From positions 432 to 64,431 of the forward strand of contig VFQY01000001.1 in NCBI GenBank assembly GCA_018883425.1: DNA of 64,000 nucleotides, given 5' to 3'. The position numbers and the translations under genes are program-made. Shown here in pieces: positions 47,166-56,544 of this stretch. Under the pieces are notes generated by a model. The model was not told the DNA's origin and did no database searches. It was given only the letters and a program-made list of their open reading frames with translations. Source of the DNA: Candidatus Omnitrophota bacterium. GTDB taxonomy: Bacteria; Omnitrophota; Omnitrophia; Omnitrophales; Aquincolibacteriaceae. The stretch's first letter is position 1; every line of letters starts with the position of its first letter.

Positions 47166-47321
47166 CATTTATTTACAACTTTTTTTAGCAAAATGTAGCA
47201 ATTGTGTATTTTTTTTAGGCGGGCACAATTAGTAGGGGGGCTTGCATCAAAAAAAAGTCTAAAGTTGAGGCTTGCGGTTTAAGAAATGGCGAGAGTTTTG
47301 GAAGGCTTTTCGAGTTTGGAG

Positions 47322-47351
47322 AAAAAAAAGCGCTCGATCACTCGAGCGCTT
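47322..47351 (-). terminator. Intrinsic terminator after accA
   Basis: Minus strand AAGCGCTCGA-gtga-TCGAGCGCTT running into a T-tract. Confidence 0.85.
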
Positions 47352-47381
47352 GGAAAGCAAACTTAGGGTTTTTTTCGAAGT

Positions 47382-48416
47382 TTATCGGACGGTAAAGACC
47401 CCCATTTTCCGGAATTTTTCATACCTCTCCCCAGGGAGGTCCTTCCGGGGGATTTCAGCGAGTTCTTGAAACGCCGAATTGACTGTCGCCCGGATATTCT
47501 CGGCCGTGGCCTCAAAATCCCGATGAGCACCCCCCAGCGGCTCCCGAATCATGTCGTCAATGACGCCCAGTTCTTTGAGGTCGCGGGCTGTGAGCTTCAA
47601 GGCTCGGGCCGCGTCCTCTGAGCGGGAAGAATCCTTCCAGAGAATGGCCGCACAGCCTTCCGGCGAAATCACGGAGTAATACGCATTTTCCATGACGTAA
47701 ACCCGGTCGCCGACACCAATACCCAGCGCCCCTCCGCTTCCGCCCTCTCCAATGACAATCACCACGATGGGCACAGTCAAATCACCCATCTCGCGGAGGT
47801 TATAGGCGATCGCCTCAGCTTGTCCGCGCTCCTCTGCCCCGACGCCGGGGTAAGCCCCCGGAGTATCGACAAAACAGAGGATGGGCGTTGCGAACTTTTC
47901 CGCCAAACGCATGATGCGCATCGCTTTGCGGTAACCTTCGGGATGCGCACTTCCAAAGCTGCGCATAAGATTTTCTTTTGTGTCGCGTCCTTTCTGGTGA
48001 CCGATAACACAAATGGGCTTTCCCTGCCACTTCGCAAAACCGGCAACGATCGCGCGGTCGTCACTAAAGTGCCGGTCGCCGTGGAGCTCAACAAAATCTG
48101 TGGTGAGATACTGAATATAGTCCATCGTGTAGGGGCGCAGAGGGTGCCTTGCCACCTGAACTCTTTGCCAGGGCGTCAGGTTGTCGAAAATGTCTTTGAG
48201 CGCCTTCTCCATTTTCTTTTCCGCACTGCTGATCTCTCCGGAAAGATCGATGCCTTGAGCCGCAGAGGCACGCAGCTCATCAATTTTCTTCTCGAGTTCG
48301 ATCACGGGCCTTTCAAAAGAAAGACATGCCTCGGCCAGTTTGCGCGTGCCGAGCGTTCTGGGTTTTCGAACCGGCAGGACTTCGGTTTCTTGATTTTGTT
48401 TCTTTTTTTTACTCAT
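47382..48416 (-). CDS. accA: Acetyl-CoA carboxylase carboxyltransferase alpha subunit
   Basis: ARHPLRP, ELHGDR, PEGYRKA, DTPGAYPG, GEGGSGGAL, SVISPEGCA. Confidence 0.95.
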   Translation of the reverse strand: MSKKKKQNQETEVLPVRKPRTLGTRKLAEACLSFERPVIELEKKIDELRASAAQGIDLSGEISSAEKKMEKALKDIFDNLTPWQRVQVARHPLRPYTMDYIQYLTTDFVELHGDRHFSDDRAIVAGFAKWQGKPICVIGHQKGRDTKENLMRSFGSAHPEGYRKAMRIMRLAEKFATPILCFVDTPGAYPGVGAEERGQAEAIAYNLREMGDLTVPIVVIVIGEGGSGGALGIGVGDRVYVMENAYYSVISPEGCAAILWKDSSRSEDAARALKLTARDLKELGVIDDMIREPLGGAHRDFEATAENIRATVNSAFQELAEIPRKDLPGERYEKFRKMGVFTVR

Positions 48417-48460
48417 GAGATCGGGATCCTTTTCGTTCAAAAATCCGATGACAAAACCGA

Positions 48461-49255
48461 TTAATTTTTGATCCTGACGCTCGTGCCGACAGGCACAAGG
48501 TCATAGAGCTCTTCCACATCCTTATTGAGCAGTCTCACACAGCCGAGACTCTCCTGCTTGCCGATCGACTCCGGAAAGGTCGTACCATGGATGCCGTAAC
48601 CTTTCAGATCAAAACCCATCCAACGCGTCCCTAAGTAGTTGTCGGGACTTCCGGGCGGAACTACGGCGCCGGCATAGTACCAGGTCGGGTTTTCCAGCTT
48701 CATGTTGATTTTGAAATTCCCCACGGGTGTTGAATTGTTTTTTCCCGTTGAAACTCGGTAACTTTTGAAAAACCGCCCCCCCAGCTGAAGAGTCAAAATG
48801 TTGTCTGACTTGTCCACCCGCATCGAAAAGGGCGCGTTCAAGACTTTAAGTTTTGCCCCGGGAACGATCACGTCTGACTTGATGCCGTTGCTTCGCTTTA
48901 AAAGCGCCACCGTGGTACCGAACCGCTGAGCAATCTTGTAGAGACTATCGCCCGCGGCAACTTCGTAGAGATCACTTTCGGGGGTTTCCAGTTTTGAGTG
49001 AACGATTTTGACGTTCAGCTGGCCGATTTTCTTCCTGGCCGCTTCTTTCAGGCCCGGAACTTCTTTTTTGCTGGCCAGGATATTTTCGTAAACTTTTCTC
49101 GCCTGCAGAAACTTCCCGTTTTTTTCCAGCTGTCTAGCCTGTTCAAGCTGAGCGTGGTAAACACCGCTTGGCTCGGAGGCTCGAAGCCCCTGCCCCTCTT
49201 CTATCCCCGCGAAGAGGACAACAAGAATCGACACCAGTCCGGCTTTCCAGCGCAT
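48461..49255 (-). CDS. LysM-domain L,D-transpeptidase (YkuD)
   Basis: YEVAAGDSLYKIA (LysM), YGIHGT...SLGCVRL. Confidence 0.9.
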   Translation of the reverse strand: MRWKAGLVSILVVLFAGIEEGQGLRASEPSGVYHAQLEQARQLEKNGKFLQARKVYENILASKKEVPGLKEAARKKIGQLNVKIVHSKLETPESDLYEVAAGDSLYKIAQRFGTTVALLKRSNGIKSDVIVPGAKLKVLNAPFSMRVDKSDNILTLQLGGRFFKSYRVSTGKNNSTPVGNFKINMKLENPTWYYAGAVVPPGSPDNYLGTRWMGFDLKGYGIHGTTFPESIGKQESLGCVRLLNKDVEELYDLVPVGTSVRIKN

Positions 49256-49710
49256 CAGCGCATTCCGCAAAAGAGGAACGAGATTAAAATTCCGAGGAAA
49301 GCTCCCGCAAAAACCTCTACAGGAGTGTGCCCCAGCAATTCTTTGACTCGCTCCTCGGCGAACTGCCCTTTCTGATAAAGCTCGTCGAGCATTTTGTTGA
49401 GAACCTGTGCCTGCCTTCCGGCACTGCGCCTCACACCAGCGGCATCGAACATCGTAATAATCGTGAAAACCAGCGTCATCAAGAAAGGCATGGATAGGAA
49501 TCCGTAATACAGCCCCATCGAGGTCGCGAGACTGGCCACAGAGGCGGAGTGAGAACTCGGCATTCCTCCGGTATCAAAGATCCAGCGGAAGTTGAAGCGC
49601 CTTTCCCGAATCATCCCGCGGATCACTTTGGCGAGTTGGGAGAGAGCCCAGCTGAGAAAGACCGCCCAGGCGGCAAGGACAGGCTCAAAAGGCTGATCTA
49701 AAGGTGTCAC
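49255..49710 (-). CDS. Divergent PAP2 family protein (YuiD/DUF212)
   Basis: GGMPSSHSA, DAAGVRR..G.QA, GHTPVEV..G. Confidence 0.9.
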   Translation of the reverse strand: MTPLDQPFEPVLAAWAVFLSWALSQLAKVIRGMIRERRFNFRWIFDTGGMPSSHSASVASLATSMGLYYGFLSMPFLMTLVFTIITMFDAAGVRRSAGRQAQVLNKMLDELYQKGQFAEERVKELLGHTPVEVFAGAFLGILISFLFCGMR

Positions 49711-49862
49711 GGGCGTAAAGTTCTCTCGGAAGGATTGACTCGATACTTGAAATATGATTTAATATAAAAAAATTATTCATATTATTAATAATCATACTCC
49801 CATCGAAGCAGGGATGGGGGGCATTATAGGTAGCGAACCCTTGAAATGCAAGGAGGTTTTGG

Positions 49863-51389
49863 TTGATCGCCATCACAGAAAGTGCCGTCTGCTCAGGCAT
49901 TCAAGCCTGTCCCGTTCAAGTCGAAGTAGACGTAACTACGGGCCTGCCGCAAATGATTGTGGTTGGTCTTCCTGACACCGGGGTGAAGGAATCCCGAGAG
50001 CGCGTCCGCTCTGCCATCAAAAACTCGGGCTTCAGCTTTCCGCCCGATAAGATCACGATCAATCTGGCGCCCGCAGATCTTCGCAAAGAAGGTTCAGCGT
50101 TCGATCTGCCCATGGCCCTGGGTATTCTGGCTGCATCCGAGCAGATCCCTCAGGAGAAAGTAACCCCGTACATTTTTTTAGGCGAACTCGCTCTGGACGG
50201 CAGTCTTCGCCCAATCAAAGGGGCGATCGTCATCGCCGAGAGTCTCAAACAGCAGCGCGCTCTTGTTCTACCTGAGGAGAACGCGCGCGAAGCAGCTCTG
50301 GAAAAAAGGGCCCGGATTTACGGCGCTCGAAATCTCCGGGATGTTGTGGATTTCCTCAAGGGAGATAAGCCCCTTTCGCGCACCCTATCTCCGGAGCAAG
50401 ATTCAAATCTCGGCACACCTTCCGGGGTGCCTGATTTTAATGAGGTGAAGGGTCAGTTCATGGCAAGACGCGCTGCAGAAATCGCTGCCGCCGGCGGACA
50501 CAACCTTCTCATGCTGGGCTCACCGGGGTCCGGTAAAACTATGCTGGCAAGACGCATTCCCGGCATTCTGCCTCCGCTGGATTTCGAACAAGCCCTCGAG
50601 ATCACGAAAATCTACAGCATCGCCGGACTGGGGCGAGGGTCCTATGAGACGCTGGTCAAAACGCGCCCCTTCCGGGATCCTCACCATTCGGTATCCGCGG
50701 CGGCCATGGCCGGCGGCGGGTCTTGGCCGAAACCGGGAGAAATTTCATTCGCTCATGGGGGAGTTCTATTTCTGGATGAACTTCCGGAATACCGCCGCGA
50801 CGTGATCGAAACTTTGCGCGCACCCCTGGAGGAAGGCAGCGTGTCGATTTCCCGCGCCAAATCCCAGGCGGTTTACCCGTGCCGTTTCATGCTGGTTGCT
50901 GCCATGAATCCCTGTCCGTGCGGCTTCCTGACGGATCCGGGAAGGAAATGCCGATGTTCGCTGATGCAGATTAAAAAATATCAGTCGCGCGTTTCGGGTC
51001 CGATTCTGGACAGGATCGATCTCCATGTGGAAGTGCCTGCCCTGACCTATCAAATGATCACGGACGAAACCAAAGCCGAGAGTTCCGAGGTGATCCGGGC
51101 CCGGGTTATCGCTTGCCGGGCAATTCAGCAGGAGCGCTTCTCCAAGAAGTCCAGACTGCTGAACGCTTTCATGCGGCCCCGGGATATCAAACTCTTCGCG
51201 TCTCCGGACCAGGCGGGTAAAAAGTTACTGGAAAGCGCCATGCGTGATCTGCACCTGTCGGCACGCGGCTATTTCAAAATTCTCAAGATCGCCCGAACGA
51301 TCAGCGATCTCGCGGGCTGTGAAGAGATACGAAGTGAGCATATCGCAGAGGCCATCCAATACCGCTCCCTGGACCGTCAATGGGGTTGA
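49863..51389 (+). CDS. comM: ComM/YifB Mg-chelatase-like AAA+ helicase
   Basis: NLAPADLRKEG, GSPGSGKT, PFRDPHH, LFLDELPE, MNPCPCG, SGPILDRID. Confidence 0.92.
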   Translation: MIAITESAVCSGIQACPVQVEVDVTTGLPQMIVVGLPDTGVKESRERVRSAIKNSGFSFPPDKITINLAPADLRKEGSAFDLPMALGILAASEQIPQEKVTPYIFLGELALDGSLRPIKGAIVIAESLKQQRALVLPEENAREAALEKRARIYGARNLRDVVDFLKGDKPLSRTLSPEQDSNLGTPSGVPDFNEVKGQFMARRAAEIAAAGGHNLLMLGSPGSGKTMLARRIPGILPPLDFEQALEITKIYSIAGLGRGSYETLVKTRPFRDPHHSVSAAAMAGGGSWPKPGEISFAHGGVLFLDELPEYRRDVIETLRAPLEEGSVSISRAKSQAVYPCRFMLVAAMNPCPCGFLTDPGRKCRCSLMQIKKYQSRVSGPILDRIDLHVEVPALTYQMITDETKAESSEVIRARVIACRAIQQERFSKKSRLLNAFMRPRDIKLFASPDQAGKKLLESAMRDLHLSARGYFKILKIARTISDLAGCEEIRSEHIAEAIQYRSLDRQWG

Positions 51390-51472
51390 GACCTCTCAGG
51401 ACTGAATCGGGAAATGTTCAAAATAATCCATGGGGATACAACATACGGACTCGTGCTGAGCGTTCAGAGGAA

Positions 51473-51515
51473 AGCTTCACAAGCCGGGAATATGAACGCC
51501 GGCTGGAATGAAGCT
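51473..51515. terminator. Imperfect hairpin between convergent comM and JAB genes
   Basis: AGCTTCA..AGCCGG...CCGGCT..TGAAGCT. Confidence 0.4.
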
Positions 51516-51532
51516 CGCAGGGGGCCACGCGT

Positions 51533-52027
51533 TCATGAGGGTTCCGGAGTTTCCGTCAGTGACCCGCCGAGAATTTCCTCGAATCGGCGGTTTTCCTGGC
51601 TCCATCCAAAAACACGGAAATGATTCGCTCGTCCCGCCCGTACGCTGACAACGAGATGAAGAACCCCGGGATACGCAGGATGCCCGTTCATCAGGGCCGC
51701 CCTCTCGTCTTCCTCAGAAAAATAGGCATCGGCATCGATGTGGGAGTGATAAATAACCGCTGTGAAACGGCCGGACTCCCTGTTTTTTTTTTCGGTATCA
51801 AGCAGCTCCCGCGGCTCCATAAAAAAGGCATCACGGGCGGTCCGCTGAAAAAGGCTGGGGTTCTCCCGATGAAGGCGGTCTTGAGCATTCGTGACAGGAA
51901 GGACGACAAGAGGCCCCAGCAGGCCTGACGATAACGGTGCTGTTAAAAAACCGCAGCATTCCTGGGGATATTCGCGCTCGGCGTGCCATCGTATAGCCCG
52001 TTTATTTTCGGGTGAGAGCAGCAGCAT
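51533..52027 (-). CDS. JAB/Mov34 (M67, Mec-like) metallopeptidase
   Basis: YPQECCG...YHSHIDADAYFSEED (E...HxH-x7-S-x2-D). Confidence 0.88.
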   Translation of the reverse strand: MLLLSPENKRAIRWHAEREYPQECCGFLTAPLSSGLLGPLVVLPVTNAQDRLHRENPSLFQRTARDAFFMEPRELLDTEKKNRESGRFTAVIYHSHIDADAYFSEEDERAALMNGHPAYPGVLHLVVSVRAGRANHFRVFGWSQENRRFEEILGGSLTETPEPS

Positions 52028-52055
52028 AGAGACACCGATACGTCAGAAGGCAGGC

Positions 52056-53702
52056 TTAATTTTCGTGGACAATTCCGAGAATACTTTTCGCGTCGAGTTC
52101 CACCCTGACGACGGGCGAAAGCTGAGTCATACCGGGACGCCGTGTCCGTATAAGAACATGGACTTGAGAAGCTGAGGTAAACCAAGCCGCATCGAGCCGA
52201 AGGTTCGTCTGCGCAGACTCGAGCGAAGCGATGCTGCGGGCACGTCCGTTTTCGACAGCTAGAACTTCAAAAGTATAGGAAGTGCCTTCAGCAGGTAAAA
52301 ACCCCTCATCAACAGCCAGATCCTTGAAGGTTAGCACCGAACCGTCGCTCTCAAAATTATCTAAAGGGTTAGCCTCACGGAACCAGTGCCGGGCAAGAAT
52401 GTCGCGCCGATCCGCGAGAATCTTCGTCAGCGTTTGAGCGTCCGCCGGATTGGAATAGGCTCCTGCTTCCACCAAAGCGCGAAGGTCTTCATCAGAAAAC
52501 GTGCGGATGATTTTAGCGGCCCAGAAACCGTCAGCACGGGTGACATCCTTGAAAGCATAATTCTGAAGCTGCGTCTTGAATTGCCCGGGATCAAAGTAGC
52601 GGTTATCAAAATAGCCCACGGCGGGAGAGGCCGACACTTTTTCACCTACTTCGCGCCAGCGCCGCTGCCAGGGTTTTTCCCACAGCCCCAACGTGAGGAA
52701 CGCTTTGGCAACTTCACGAAAATCAAAAAGCGATTCATGTCCATGCATCGGGGGCTTGGGGCCTTTCGATGCCGCTCCGAGCGCTGAAGAGAAAGAAACC
52801 AGGTAGTGTTTCAGCACCTCTTGGCCATTCTCGTTCACGAGCACATCCTCAGTCGTACCAGGGCGCACGTCGGTGTTGTTCAGCCAGGAGGAAAAAACTT
52901 GGAGGGCCCTCAGGGAGCGGCGTCTTTCCTGATCGACAGCGTCTTGGGGGTCACCGCGCCGTTTGCCGAGAAAATCAAAAGATCCCTTGTCCTGACCCGT
53001 AATGATTTTAGTTGCCGAAGCACGGTAGTTGCCCTGATCGTCCGTAGGAAGAAAAAGCAGGTATTCTTCGAGTTTTTCCTGTGTGAGATCTTTGGCGAAA
53101 CCAGTGTCGTCGGTGACTTTCGCGCCGGGAGCGGCCGCAAGCGATCCTGAGGGAATGGACACAATCGTCATTTGCGGGACGTTATACCCCAAGGCATAGT
53201 AGAAACGGCTCGCAATAACTTCCGCGCCCGTCACCAACTCGAAACTGTCGGAAGGGTCGAAGCGCAGGAGGTAGCGGTCCCCGGCGCTGTCCTTGATTTC
53301 ATAGACCGGCTGCAGACCTTCGAATACCCCGCCCACAACTTGAATGGCCCCTGAAATTTGAGGACCCTGATTCTCACGAAAACCCTGCTTTAATTGATCT
53401 GACGTAAGACGGGACCTAGAATGCCGATTTGTAAAAAACGATGAGTCCGGCACTTCATCGTAAACATTGACGTCCTCGGCGGGTGCGGCCTTACCAAAGA
53501 GGGCTCTATAAAGCCGATCCAGTCTCAGGAAGGAAGTGCCTTCATAGTAACCGGCCTGCTCAAAAAGATCCTGGTAGTAAGAGGTCTCCTGAGCTTTGAT
53601 CTCGAGCGCACCTTGCGCAAGACCGCCCCCCAAAGGGGCGCTGAGCAAAACGGCCAAGAGTGACAGCCTGAGCAGCTTAGAAAGGCGTACTTGTTCTGAC
53701 AT
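52056..53702 (-). CDS. Exported protein with atypical kinase-like fold, probable pseudokinase
   Basis: Signal peptide; IKDSAGDRYLLRFD...GAEVIASRFYYALGYNVP; WLNNTDVRPGT...HYLVSFSSALG; GAAGGA SD. Confidence 0.6.
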   Translation of the reverse strand: MSEQVRLSKLLRLSLLAVLLSAPLGGGLAQGALEIKAQETSYYQDLFEQAGYYEGTSFLRLDRLYRALFGKAAPAEDVNVYDEVPDSSFFTNRHSRSRLTSDQLKQGFRENQGPQISGAIQVVGGVFEGLQPVYEIKDSAGDRYLLRFDPSDSFELVTGAEVIASRFYYALGYNVPQMTIVSIPSGSLAAAPGAKVTDDTGFAKDLTQEKLEEYLLFLPTDDQGNYRASATKIITGQDKGSFDFLGKRRGDPQDAVDQERRRSLRALQVFSSWLNNTDVRPGTTEDVLVNENGQEVLKHYLVSFSSALGAASKGPKPPMHGHESLFDFREVAKAFLTLGLWEKPWQRRWREVGEKVSASPAVGYFDNRYFDPGQFKTQLQNYAFKDVTRADGFWAAKIIRTFSDEDLRALVEAGAYSNPADAQTLTKILADRRDILARHWFREANPLDNFESDGSVLTFKDLAVDEGFLPAEGTSYTFEVLAVENGRARSIASLESAQTNLRLDAAWFTSASQVHVLIRTRRPGMTQLSPVVRVELDAKSILGIVHEN

Positions 53703-55041
53703 ATAAATTAGTTCCTTCATCTCCATGCGCGACTTCGATTCCAAGGAGCATGTGGTTGGCGACACTGAATCGGAAGCCGCCTCCGTAAGATTCACGGAAA
53801 TTATCCATTTCAAATTCATGGAATTCAGCAAAGACCTGACCGAGATCCGCAAACGTCACGGTATCCATCCGGAAGTTTTTACTCTCCCAAACCGTGTAGC
53901 GGTATTCCAAGTTCATAAGAAAACTGCTTTCGTCGGAAAATCGGTTTACGTCATAGCCGCGAAGCGTGCGGCTAAGCCAGGGACCTAAACCATGCCCGCC
54001 AAGGCGGGCCATCTGATGAAAGGGTACAACGCCGGAGTCCCCGAGCTCATCGTTGTGCTCGCCATAGGCGTGATAGGCCAAAACTCGGCGGGGTGAACCT
54101 AGAGCAAAATACTGACTGAATTCGGCCTGGTATTTGAGAAATTGCGCATCGGATCCTGAAATGCCGTCGTTGAGGGCCAACCCCAAGCGCCGCAATCCCC
54201 CCGAGGTGGACAGCTCTCGCTGATTGCGGGTATCGTGCTGAATCTCACCGCCGTAAACAAGAAGTTCGTCGCCAGCCAGCCCGGGGATGGAGCCTGCTGG
54301 GAAAATTTCGTCAATGATGCCCCGGCCTCCGTCTTCGCCGTTAGTGATATTGACGTTTTTATAATGAAAGTACAGATCGCCCTTGAGGGTAGGGCGCGGA
54401 TCGTAATTGAGCTTCACGCCCGCCGTTGTCGTTTCCATTTTGTAGGAAGTGCCGTTGCCGGCGCTTGTTTCGGGACCCAGGCCATAAAAATGTTCTTCTG
54501 GCCGGCTTTCGTAGTCCACAAAGACCGCGCTGCCGACACCCGTTCCGGAGATATCCTGCCAGCCGAGTTCAGAGCCCGCGTCAAAACGCACACTGTTGGA
54601 ATATTCAACCCAGCTTTTGGCGACCAGATCCGGCAGATCCGTTTTACGCCGGAAAAGACGGACATAATCCACGTCCAGCCCGCCCGATCCCCCCGTCACG
54701 CTGAAAAGTCCGACCTTGGGGGTCAAACCGTTTTCAGTGAGTTTGTCATAGGCCCACTTGGCTTTATTGTCCAAGTGATACTTTTCGGTCAGGTAAAGCG
54801 ACTTACTTGCGGGAATTCTGAGAAGTTCGAGCGGGTAGGTCAAAAAATCACTCGAAACTTTGGAGGCCGAACTGCGGGGTTCGGAGACTCGGGGCAGTGA
54901 AGCATACCGGTCATAACTCGCTTCAGCCGCTTGGAGCAGGCCGTATCCAAGAGTCAACCCTGCTGCCAACACCGCAATGAACGGATAGATTCGGCTTTTT
55001 ATTTTAATCACGGATTCTTCTATCTTTCTTTTGAACAGCAT
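53677..55041 (-). CDS. Omp85/BamA-TamA family beta-barrel outer-membrane protein with no evident POTRA domains
   Basis: Signal peptide, FYGLG, HDTRN, LGG...LRGY..NRF.D, EYRY, C-terminal Phe. Confidence 0.8.
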   Translation of the reverse strand: MLFKRKIEESVIKIKSRIYPFIAVLAAGLTLGYGLLQAAEASYDRYASLPRVSEPRSSASKVSSDFLTYPLELLRIPASKSLYLTEKYHLDNKAKWAYDKLTENGLTPKVGLFSVTGGSGGLDVDYVRLFRRKTDLPDLVAKSWVEYSNSVRFDAGSELGWQDISGTGVGSAVFVDYESRPEEHFYGLGPETSAGNGTSYKMETTTAGVKLNYDPRPTLKGDLYFHYKNVNITNGEDGGRGIIDEIFPAGSIPGLAGDELLVYGGEIQHDTRNQRELSTSGGLRRLGLALNDGISGSDAQFLKYQAEFSQYFALGSPRRVLAYHAYGEHNDELGDSGVVPFHQMARLGGHGLGPWLSRTLRGYDVNRFSDESSFLMNLEYRYTVWESKNFRMDTVTFADLGQVFAEFHEFEMDNFRESYGGGFRFSVANHMLLGIEVAHGDEGTNLYVRTSTPF

Positions 55042-55102
55042 GGTGACTCGAAAGTGGGGTTATTATACCCAGAGACTTTCCGGGATCAAGCGATTCCTGA
55101 AC

Positions 55103-55504
55103 TTAGTCTCCGGAGAGATCAAAGGCATCCTGAATCAGGCGGAATTCCGGCCCGGAAGCTTTGTTCCAGGTAAGAGCCAGCACATCAAAGGAAATCTTTT
55201 CGGGTAAGTTTTCATGATCACGCAAATACGATTGCGCTAATCGGACTAACTTCTCCTGTTTGCGCGCATGAACAGCCTCCTCAGGCGCCCCTCGGGCGTG
55301 GTCGCGGCGGGTCTTAATCTCAATAAAGGCGAGACGGTCTCCGCGCACCGCGATCACATCCACCTCTCCCAAACGGCAGCGGTAATTCGTTTCAAGAATC
55401 CGGTATCCCGAGCGCACGAGAAAAGCAGCTCCCGCCATCTCTCCCCGTTCTCCCAAAGTCAGCCGGAAGGGTTTTTTGTTTTTAATCGAAAAAATTCTTT
55501 TCAT
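55103..55504 (-). CDS. yraN: YraN family endonuclease
   Basis: GERGE..A..FL...GY.ILETNYRC..GEVDVI...FIEIKTR, FDV. Confidence 0.92.
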   Translation of the reverse strand: MKRIFSIKNKKPFRLTLGERGEMAGAAFLVRSGYRILETNYRCRLGEVDVIAVRGDRLAFIEIKTRRDHARGAPEEAVHARKQEKLVRLAQSYLRDHENLPEKISFDVLALTWNKASGPEFRLIQDAFDLSGD

Positions 55505-56135
55505 GCGGTCCTTTTTTTTCAGAGGCCTCTACGGGAGAGAAAGAGCGGCGGTGTACCGGACAAGGGCCTAGGGCATCCAACCGCTCCAGATGAACCCGGG
55601 TGCCGTAGCCTTTGTGCCGGGAAAAAAAATAGCCCGGATAAATTTCATCCAGGCCGGACATGAGAGCATCCCGATAGACCTTCGCCAAAATGGATGCAGC
55701 CGCAATCGAGGCCGAAAGCGTATCGCCTTTGACGACTGCCTGCTGAGAAATCGGAAGATCCAGGGACATGGTGCCGTCTATGAGGAGAAATGCAGGCGTC
55801 AATCCGAGATTCAGCACGGCTCGCCGCATCGCCAGGCGAGTCGCCTGATAGATATTTAGTTGGTCGATTTCTGAGCTCGTGGCCGAGCCGATTCCCGTCA
55901 GGCCATTCTGGAGAATTTTAAAGAAAAGAGACTTGCGGCGGACTGCTGACAGCTGTTTGCTGTCATTGAGATAGGGGTCCTCGAGCGGGCGCTTAAGAAC
56001 AACAGCGGCGGCAACCACAGGGCCCGCAAGGGGGCCTCTGCCGGCTTCGTCCACACCGGCAAGAAAACCCGGCGAACACCTCGTCTGGTACGGTTCGTCG
56101 AAAGCTCTGAGCTTCTCTGAAAGACCCGGTTTCAT
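55482..56135 (-). CDS. rnhB: Ribonuclease HII
   Basis: GVDEAGRGPLAGPV, NDSK, KGD..SASIAAASILAK, HKGYGT, HRRSF. Confidence 0.95.
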   Translation of the reverse strand: MKPGLSEKLRAFDEPYQTRCSPGFLAGVDEAGRGPLAGPVVAAAVVLKRPLEDPYLNDSKQLSAVRRKSLFFKILQNGLTGIGSATSSEIDQLNIYQATRLAMRRAVLNLGLTPAFLLIDGTMSLDLPISQQAVVKGDTLSASIAAASILAKVYRDALMSGLDEIYPGYFFSRHKGYGTRVHLERLDALGPCPVHRRSFSPVEASEKKGPHEKNFFD

Positions 56136-56229
56136 AAGGCTCGCGGCCTTCCGCCTGGGCCTGCGCGCCGAGGCGCGAGGCCGGGCTCTATGCCGTTTTA
56201 ATCCGTGCGGCCCGCTTCAAAAAAGGGCC

Positions 56230-56544
56230 TTAGGCCTTCTTCTTGCGCAGATGATACATGCGGGCGCGGCGGGTTTTCCCTTCCTTAACAACCTGAATCT
56301 TCTCGATTGTCGGAGAGTAGAGAGGGAAGATTTTTTCGACGACGTCGCCGTGCGTTTCCTTCAAAACAGAAAAGCTGGCATTGATGGAACTCCCGCGTTT
56401 ACGGATGCAGGTTCCTTCAAAGATCTGAATTCGGGTTTTATCGCCTTCCTTGACGCGGATGTGAATCTTGAGTGTATCGCCCACGCGGAACGGAGGCACT
56501 TCTTTCTTGATCGCTTCTTTTTCAACTTTTTCGATGGCTTTCAT
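56230..56544 (-). CDS. rplS: 50S ribosomal protein L19
   Basis: FRVGDT...KEGDKTRIQIFEG...GKTRRARMYHLR. Confidence 0.93.
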   Translation of the reverse strand: MKAIEKVEKEAIKKEVPPFRVGDTLKIHIRVKEGDKTRIQIFEGTCIRKRGSSINASFSVLKETHGDVVEKIFPLYSPTIEKIQVVKEGKTRRARMYHLRKKKA

